This document shows positions 55,540 through 64,000 of a DNA stretch of 64,000 nt, one piece after another; position 1 is the first letter of the stretch, and every line of letters begins with the position of its first letter. The DNA comes from Macrostomum lignano. Lineage: Eukaryota. A model generated the notes under the pieces. That model worked only from the letters and a program-made list of their open reading frames with translations. It did not search any database and was not told the DNA's origin. The translations under genes and the position numbers were made by a program. The stretch is from the NCBI GenBank assembly GCA_002269645.1, contig NIVC01000978.1, positions 124,001-188,000 of the forward strand. Reading direction: 5' to 3'.

Positions 55540-57300
55540 TAGATTTGTATCTAATCTCATTGGGATAGGTACATGTAAGATCTAATCTCACTGGGATAGG
55601 TACATTTAGATCTAATCTCTCTGGGATTGGTAGATCTATTCTCACTGAGATTGGTTAGCCCCAATCTCACTAATATTGGTTAGATCTATTCTCACTGGGA
55701 TTGGTTATAGATCTAATTTCACTATGATTGGTAAGATCTAACTTCACTGGGAATGGTTAGATCTAATTTCACTGGGATTGTTTAAATTTAAATCTAATCT
55801 TACTGGGACTGGTTAGATCTTATCTCGCTGGGATTAGTTAGATCTAATCTCACATGCAGGGATTGGTTAGATCTATTCTCAAAAGGATAGGCAGATCTAA
55901 TCTCAATAAGATTGGTAAATCTAATTTTAATGAAATTGATAGATAATCTCAATGGGGTAGGCAAGTTCAATCTCACAAGAAATAAATCTAATCTCAATAA
56001 AATTGGTAGGTCTAATCTCCTTGGACACAGAGTTAGATACGCTGCATTGCCTCTTCCCCCGCATTGGCAAGCGAAGGCTCAAAGTCGAGCAGATCAGCTG
56101 TGCATTCCGCATTTCCATTCGAATATTGTTGCACAAGCAATAAAATAGAATAGGGGAAAAGTGATCAATGAATGATCTCACCAAGGCCCTCCTCGCCACT
56201 CCAGTGCCACTTGGCCGCTGCTCAGCTAATTCCGTATGAGCTGGATTGTAACTAGCGGAGTTGCAGTGACAGCGCGTGTCCCCCGCGGAGCCAGCAAGCT
56301 GCAGATCACGCCAGTTCAGGGTCACGATAACTGGATACACGATTTCGCGAACTACCACACACCTAACAGTGTGATTGACAGCTGGGCAGACGTGTGTGAA
56401 AATATGCGAGTCGTTTATCTCTGTGTAAAGCATTGTATATAGATTGCAACTGGATTACTGTAAACCTAAATACTATAACCATCTAAGTGAGATTAGATCT
56501 GCCTATTTCTTCTCATTGAGTTTAGATCTACCTAAATCATTGAGATTAGATCTACCTAAATCATTGAGATTAGATCTACCTAAATCATTGAGGTTAGATC
56601 TACCTAAATCATTGAGATTAGATCTACCTAAATCATTGAGATTAGATCTACCTAAATCATTGAGATTAGATCTACCTAAATCATTGAGATTAGATCTACC
56701 TAAATCATTGAGATTAGATCTACCTAAATCATTGAGATTGGATCTACCTAAATCATTGAGATTAAATCTACCTAAATCGTTGGGATTAGATCTACCTAAA
56801 TCATTGAGATTAGATCTACCTAAATCATTGAGATTAGATCTACCTAAATCATTGAGATTAGATCTACCTAAATCATTGAGATTAGATCTACCATCTCTTT
56901 CATATTAGATCTACCTATCTTATTAAGATTAGATCTACCTTTCTCATTGGAATATTAGATCTACCTAGCTCATTGAGATTAGATCTATCTTTATTCAGTG
57001 CGATTAGATCTACCCAACTCATTAAAATTAGGCCTAACAATCCCAGTGGAATTAGATTAGATCTACCTAATTCAGTGAGATTGGATCTACTTACCTCATT
57101 GAGATACGAGTATGATCTACTTATCCCATTGAGATTAGATCTACTTATCCCATTGAGATTAGATCTACTTATCTCATTGAGATTAGATCTACTTATCCTA
57201 TTGAGATTAGATTTACCTATCTCAGTTAGATTACATGTAGATCTACCAATCCCAGTGAGACTAGATCTAGCTGTATTCCAGTTGAGATTAGATCCGGAGA
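55540..57300. repeat. 24-bp tagatcta-core minisatellite family (gagattagatctacctaaatcatt); degenerate block 55540-56030 and block 56480-57300 in opposite apparent orientation
   Basis: Pure array 56520-56890; degenerate copies flank a unique ~450-bp segment. Confidence 0.85.
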
Positions 57301-57964
57301 TCCCCAGAGAATCCCCCATGATCCATTAAGCACTCCGTGAGCAGCCCCCCCTTCCCAAGATAAGCCATGAGATCGGGTAACTCATCCGCTCGGAGAGCCG
57401 CGCACTCCCAACTCCAATCTCAGCTCATCAGGTGTCAATTTTCAATCCTGACTTGTCCACTTCGTCAGCATGATGCCCGACTCCTGTATTCCCAGAAATC
57501 CTTGATCTATATATTCTCACTCTGGTGAATATAAGTGCCCATGATCCGCTACAAGCAGTCAGCTTCTCAATCCTCATCCCCACCCCCTGGGCAGATTTTT
57601 GGTCCACTTAACCCATCGACCAGCGGGCAGGCAGGGCGGGAAGTCGGCTGTAAAAAAATGGTTTCCGTTGCCAATAAAATGAGGCCGAGAGGAGGAGCGA
57701 AACGAAGAAATTGATTTGTCCGCTTTCCCTGACACTGCCCTCGCTTGCTTATTCTCCATTTCTCCCAGAATCTTCCCCATCTTTAGTCACGGGCATTTGA
57801 TCAAAGTGGCTATTCTCGATCCCTGTCAAACCCTGGTTCGCGAATCGAATTGTTAATTTTATCCAACATGCAACAGAATGCTTAGTTTGAGCTGCTGAGC
57901 GAAGACAGAAATTTGTTACATCCTGGCCAATTTTTGTTGGCGTGCAGTAAAACCTGGATGTTTC

Positions 57965-59432
57965 AATAATCCTGTTAGACAGCAGCTAATCCTGTTAGAT
58001 AGTAGCTAATCCTGTTAGATGGTAGCTAATCCTGTTAGATGGTAGCTAATCCTGTTAGATAGTAGCTAATCCTGTTAGATGGTAGCTAATCCTGTTAGAC
58101 AGTAGCTAATCCTGTTAGACAGTAGCTAATCCTGTTAGATAGTAGCTAATCCTGTTAGAAGGTAGCTAATCCTGTTAGACAGTAGCTAATCCTGTTAGAT
58201 AGTAGCTAATCCTGTTAGACAGTAGCTAATCCTGTTAGATAGTAGCTAATCCTGTTAGATAGTAGCTAATCCTGTTAGACAGTAGCTAATCCTGTTAGAC
58301 AGTAGCTAATCCTGTTAGATAGTAGCTAATCCTGTTAGATAGTAGCTAATCCTGTTAGATGATAGCTAATCCTGTTAAACAGTAGCTAATCCTGTTAGAC
58401 AGTAGCTAACCCTGTTAGACAGTAGCTAATCCTTTTAGACAGTAGCTAATCCTGTTAGATAGTAGCTTATCCTTTTAGATAGTAGCTAACCCTGTTAGAT
58501 AGTAGCTAATCCTGTTAGACAGTAGCTAATCCTGTTAGACAGTAGCTAATCCTGTTAGACAGTAGCTAATCCTGTTAGACAGTAGCTAATCCTGTTAGAT
58601 AGTAGCTAATCCTGTTAGATAGTAGCTAATCCTGTTAGACAGTAGCTAATCCTGTTAGATAGTAGCTAATCCTGTTAGATAGTAGCTAATCCTGTTAGAC
58701 AGTAGCTAATCCTGTTAGACAGTAGCTAATCCTGTTAGACAGTAGCTAATCCTGTGAGACAGTAGCTAATCCTGTTAGACAGTAGCTAATCCTTTTAGAT
58801 AGTAGCTAATCCTGTTAGACAGTAGCTAATCCTGTTAGACAGTAGCTAATCCTGTTAGATAGTAGCTAATCCTGTTAGACAGTAGCTAATCCTGTTAGAC
58901 AGTAGCTAATCTTGTTAGACAGTAGCTAATCCTGATAGACAGTAGCTAATCCTGTTAGATAGTAGCTAATCCTGTTAGACAGTAGCTAATCCTGTTAGAT
59001 GGTAGCTAATCCTGTTAGACAGTAGCTAATCCTGTTAGACAGTAGCTAATCCTGTTAGACAGTAGCTAATCCTGTTAGATAGTAGCTAATCCTGTTAGAC
59101 AGTAGCTAATCCTGTTAGACAGTAGCTAATCCTGTTAGATAGTAGCTAATCCTGTTAGACAGTAGCTAATCCTGTTAGACAGTAGCTAATCCTGTTAGAC
59201 AGTAGCTAATCCTGTGAGACAGTAGCTAATCCTGTTAGACAGTAGCTAATCCTGTTAGATAGTAGCTAATCCTGTTAGACAGTAGCTAATCCTGTTAGAC
59301 AGTAGCTAATCCTGTTAGATAGTAGCTAATCCTGTTAGACAGTAGCTAATCCTGTTAGATAGTAGCTAATCCTGTTAGATAGTAGCTAATCCTGTTAGAC
59401 AGTAGCTAATCGTGTTAGACAGTAGCTAATCC
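57965..59432. repeat. 20-bp minisatellite (agtagctaatcctgttagac), ~73 units
   Basis: Direct inspection. Confidence 0.98.
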
Positions 59433-59934
59433 GACATAAGAGAGTGAAGAACAAAACAAATAAATAACAAGTAAGAAAACTCTCACTACTAATTTAATTG
59501 CCAACAAAGCTCTTGAGCGAATGTTCAGCTTATTTTATTTGTAAATAAAAATTATTAGGAAATATTTCATCATTGTCCAATAAAAGAAGCGAAAGCAGAA
59601 CCCATGAACTCTTGTACACTTTTCATTTCTTCATAGCTTTGCATTCAAAAGGTTTTGTTACTATAATTTGTACATGGGTTCGTTTGATTGTTAGCTAGCT
59701 GTGCAATCAGCAAACTGAAGCATTTTGAAATGGAAAGAGCAGCAAAGCGTAAGCAAAGAGGAAACGAATATTGACTGGTGGAGACAAACAGAAACTAGGG
59801 AGAGATTGTGGGAGAATCCAGACACTGAGAGGGAGGGGGATGGGGGAGAGTGAGAGAGCAGAGAAAATGGGGGACATGGAGATACCGATTGTAGAGAGAG
59901 AGAAGGAGATTGGGGAGAGGGGGATCAGAAGAGG

Positions 59935-61180
59935 GGGAGAGGGGAGCAGGAGAGGGGAGCAGGAGAGGGGAGCAGGAGAGGGGAGCAGGAGAGAGCAGGA
60001 GAGGGGAGCAGGAGAGGGGAGCAGGAGAGAGCAGGAGAGGGGAGCAGGAGAGGGGAGCAGGAGAGAGTAGGAGAGGGGAGCAGGAGAGGGGAGCAGGAGA
60101 GAGTAGGAGAGGGGAGCAGGAGAGGGGAGCAGGAGAGGGGAGCAGGAGAGGGGAGCAGGAGAGAGCAGGAGAGGGGAGCAGGAGAGGGAGCAGGAGAGAG
60201 CAGGAGAGGGGAGCAGGAGAGGGGAGCAGGAGAGGGGAGCAGGAGACAGTAGGAGAGGGGAGCAGGAGAGGGGAGCAGGAGAGGGAGCAGGAGAGGGGAG
60301 CAGGAGAGGGGAGCAGGAGAGGGGAGCAGGAGAGAGCAGGAGAGGGGAGCAGGAGAGGGGAGCAGGAGAGGGGAGCAGGAGAGGGGAGCAGGAGAGAGTA
60401 GGAGAGGGGAGCAGGAGAGGGGAGCAGGATAGGGGAGCAGGAGAGGGGAGCAGGAGAGGGGAGCAGGAGAGAGCAGGAGAGGGGAGCAGGAGAGGGGAGC
60501 AGGAGAGGGGAGCAGGAGAGAGCAGGAGAGGGGAGCAGGAGAGGGGAGCAGGAGAGGGGAGCAGGAGAGAGCAGGAGAGGGGAGCAGGAGAGGGGAGCAG
60601 GAGAGGGGAGCAGGAGAGAGCAGGAGAGGGGAGCAGGAGAGGGGAGCAGGAGAGAGCAGGAGAGGGGAGCAGGAGAGGGGAGCAGGAGAGAGTAGGAGAG
60701 GGGAGCAGGAGAGGGGAGCAGGAGAGGGGAGCAGGAGAGAGTAGGAGAGGGGAGCAGGAGAGAGGAGCAGGAGAGGGGAGCAGGAGAGGGAGCAGGAGAG
60801 GGAGCAGGAGAGGGGAGCAGGAGAGGGGAGCAGGAGAGAGCAGGAGAGGGGAGCAGGAGAGGGGAGCAGGAGAGAGCAGGAGAGGGGAGCAGGAGAGGGG
60901 AGCAGGAGAGGGGAGCAGGAGAGAGTAGGAGAGGGGAGCAGGAGAGGGGAGCAGGAGAGGGGAGCAGGAGAGAGCAGGAGAGGGGAGCAGGAGAGGGGAG
61001 CAGGAGAGAGTAGGAGAGGGGAGCAGGAGAGAGCAGGAGAGGGGAGCAGGAGAGAGCAGGAGAGGGAGCAGGAGAGGGGAGCAGGAGAGGGAGCAGGAGA
61101 GGGGAGCAGGAGAGGGGAGCAGGAGAGGGGAGCAGGAGAGGGGAGCAGGAGAGAGTAGGAGAGGGGAGCAGGAGAGGGGG
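59935..61180. repeat. Purine-rich compound repeat of 11-13-bp units (gagcaggagaggg)
   Basis: Direct inspection; source of the 427-513 aa SPAPLSC ORFs. Confidence 0.97.
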
Positions 61181-61314
61181 GAGATACCAGGACCTGCGAA
61201 GAAGACACGAAGGCAGAGAATCAGCCGCATGAGGAAGAGATGGAAAGGGTGGAAGAAGAGACGGGAGAGTTACTGCAGGCGGATCCCAGAGCACGCAGGC
61301 CAGGATTGCCGGCA

Positions 61315-64000
61315 TCAGAGTGACGCCTCGCTGCACTCGAGAACCTCCAGGCCTGTTCCTGGCCCCTCAGGCTCCGCCGGAGAAGCCGGTCGCCGCTGCC
61401 GCTGCTGCTGTCGGTGCTCGTAGCCGATGGTCGCCCAAATCGGTCTCTCCGTGGCGGTCAGCTGACTGGCCAACAACAGCTGCTGCTGAGACTGGGCTGA
61501 GCGCAGACTCTGCAGAGTCCGGAGAGAGTTTCTCCTGGGATCTGAGAGCAGCAGCTGCTGCTGATGCTGATGATGGTGAGGCCGCTGGCAGCCACAGCTG
61601 CCGCCGTCCAACCAGCTTGGCGGCACCTGCTCCGGCGTAGAGAAACCGGCGGAGTCGGACTGGCCGCTAGGAGGTCGCCGCCGGAACCGAAATCTGGCCG
61701 CCGCCGACGCCGGCCGCTGAACCGGCATCCGGTAGAACAGCTGGTCCCAGAAGTCGCGCTGTCCAAACCGCAGCACCACCGCGGCGGCGGCGCCCGAACC
61801 GCCTGGCAGGGTCGGCCAGCGGGACAGCATTGACGTGGACAACGATGTCGGTTTGGCGGGCGTCGGCGGCTGCGGCGGCACCGCCACCACGCAGACGAGG
61901 CGTCGGCGGGAGAGCGGCTCTCCTAGGCAGTCGGCGGCCGCGGCGAACAGCCCGCGCATCTCCGCGTCGGCCGCGAAGCTCGGCGTCACCACGGCGACAA
62001 CTCGTCGACTGGTGGCGATGACCTCGGCGACAGTCGGGAAAGCCGGCAGGCCCGGCAAGCGGGCGCGCTGGTGGCAGCACAGCGAGTGCCCGCGGCGCAG
62101 CAGCTCGGAGGCCAGCTCGCCGGACACCCAGTCGCCGTCTGTCGGGTGGAACAGCAGGCAGGCATCGCAGCGCTTGCCCTCGCCCGGACAGTCGTCCCTG
62201 TCCAGCGGGTGGAAGCCCCAGCGGGCGTAGAGGCGCACCCGGACGGAGGCGGCCAGCAGCAGCAGGAGGCCGGCCGCGGCCGCCGCGGCTGCCACCAACA
62301 GGAGCGACGCCCCGACGCCGCAGGCCAGCAGGCGGGCGATGAACAGGCGACGCCGCGAGGCCTCCGAGGCGGACGACATTGACGACGAAGTCGAAGAAGA
62401 AGCGGACTTCGGCGGAGTGTCCGGACAGAGGTCCCGTGGCGACAGGCGCCGCAGCTGCCGGCCAGTCAGGCGACGTGGCGAAGCGCAGCGAGCGTCGGCA
62501 TCGGAGCCGCGGCTGGCGAGCCAGTCCGGCAGCCAGGCCGTGCCGGCGCAGTCACAACGCCACGGGTTGCCATGGAGACGGATGTCGCGAAGCCGCCAGA
62601 GGTGCGTCAGGCTGGCGACCCGGGGATCGAGCCGGGCAAGGCGGTTGTTCTGAAAGCAGACGGGGTTGCTTGCTTTCGATTCAGTGAGGTTCTGATTGCG
62701 ATTGTGTCCGGGTGAAAGTACGAGGGGCATCCCAGAAGTCCGTTCAGTATGTGCCTTTTTTACCATAAACGACGAGTGAAGAGCTCAACCGCTCACGGTT
62801 AAGTTTTTAAACTTTCCTGTTGCACTGTTGCGTTTTTTCGGTGACTGGACGGACTTTTGGGGTGCCCCTCGTATGTGTGCCATGGCCGGGAGACTCTCGT
62901 TCCATGCGGGCTCAAATTTCGGCCATTGTTTAACTTAGCAACATGCTAAACAATATGGCTACACTCTAAGGCTACGAACCCCAGGAGTGACATTGCATAT
63001 GGCTACAAATCCAGGAGTGACATTGCATATGGCTACAAATCCAGGAGTGACATTGCATATGGCTACAAACCCGGGAGTGACATTGCATATGGCTACAAAC
63101 CCGGGAGTGACATTGCATATGGCTACAAACCCGGGAGTGACATTGCATATGGCTACAAACCCGGGAGTGACATTGCATATGGCTACAAACCCGGGAGTGA
63201 CATTGCATATGGCTACAAACCCAGGAGTGACATTGCATATGGCTACAAACCCAGGAGTGACATTGCATATGGCTACAAAGCTCATTTGCTGAAAATGATG
63301 AGCAAATAAAGAAGCTGATTTGGTATTTAAAATCCTTGGACTTTGTCAGCGGGTACGTGGATTTCGGGCCAAAGATCTCAGCCACTCGCCTGCAAGTCCA
63401 GCAGTTCCAGACGCTCCAGGCGGCTCAAAAATTTCACCGGCAGCTCCTCGAGTCCGGTGTCACTCAAGACGAGCGACTCAGCGTTGCGAAACACGTCGGG
63501 CATGCCCGGCAGGCTGGCGGGCAGCTGGCCACCGCTGAAGTTGAACCGGTAGGCGAAGCCATCGCCGAGGCGCGGCAGCTCACGCCGGTGCGGCAGCCGG
63601 TCCAGCCGAGCCCCGAGCAGTCAACGCTCACCGCGCGTCGCCAGGGCTCAACCGAGCAGGCGCACCTGTTGCCGACGCACCGGTCGGTGCAGACCAGATC
63701 CGAGCGCGGGTCCAGCTCGAGCCGGTAGCCGGCCGAGTAGATTATACGTCCAAGTAGATTCGGGGGGCTGTGACACGGTGGCAGCACCGTGTACTTCAAC
63801 AGCAAGCTGCTGATATTGCCCGCTGACGAGTTGTACAGTCGGTAGTCTCTGCAGTCGCAGCTGAGCGGGTTGCCAGCCAGATTTGAGAACACCAGAGCAC
63901 TCCGCTCGCCCAGCTGTCTGATCACCTCGCCATCGATTTCCCAACCGTCCAGGAGGTCCGTCAGGCTGACGATTCGGTTCTGCGACAAGCTGATCTCCAG
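61315..64000 (-). CDS. Toll-like receptor of multiple-cysteine-cluster (protostome) type, 3' part. Exons >64000-63390 (one-base frameshift at ~63600) and 62649-61315
   Basis: LRR (LEISLSQNRI), LRRCT (GNPLSCDC..CHSPPNLLG), LRRNT (CTDRC..CAC..VDCSGLG), LRRs (LELLDLQ/NNRLARL), LRRCT (GNPWRCDC..CASPRRLTG..LC), TM, then TIR (RLYARWGFHPLD..DACLLF..WV..L..G..LCCHQR..LPG..SRRVVAVVTPSF). Confidence 0.88.
62985..63280. repeat. 30-bp minisatellite (ggctacaaacccgggagtgacattgcatat) in the TLR intron
   Basis: About 10 units. Confidence 0.96.

Noticed and set aside
56040-56442. Unique segment between tagatcta arrays; RIGKRRLKVEQ resembles an RRM last strand; 68-aa ORF 56236..56442
   Set aside because: Too short, stops nearby, no rest of an RRM and no convincing splice pair
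59707-61336. 427-513 aa ORFs (SPAPLSC repeats)
   Set aside because: Translations of the GAGCAGGAGAGGG repeat, open in several frames

Overview
This is eukaryotic (metazoan) genomic DNA with GC-rich exons in AT-rich introns, and almost every intron carries its own minisatellite array. The repeat landscape and an RTE-type LINE family suggest the flatworm Macrostomum (inference). Genes reconstructed by hand from splice sites and homology: (1) the 3' half of IMP dehydrogenase (+, 830-8079), with two duplicated, frame-incompatible versions of the same exon and an intronless secreted-protein ORF nested between them; (2) an unrecognised 2-TM/coiled-coil protein (-); (3) MTCH2-like mitochondrial carrier (-); (4) UBE2Z-like E2 whose first exon has a +1 frame discontinuity; (5) a 16-exon Scribble-like LAP protein that appears to have only 3 PDZ domains; (6) the 3' part of a multiple-cysteine-cluster Toll-like receptor (LRR-TM-TIR, -) with a GC-AG intron. 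The rest is minisatellites, two tRNA-derived SINE copies, RTE LINE pieces, hAT/mariner remnants and foldback/MITE-like elements. Most long ORFs in the track are translations of tandem repeats or antisense shadows. There is no CRISPR array and no rRNA.
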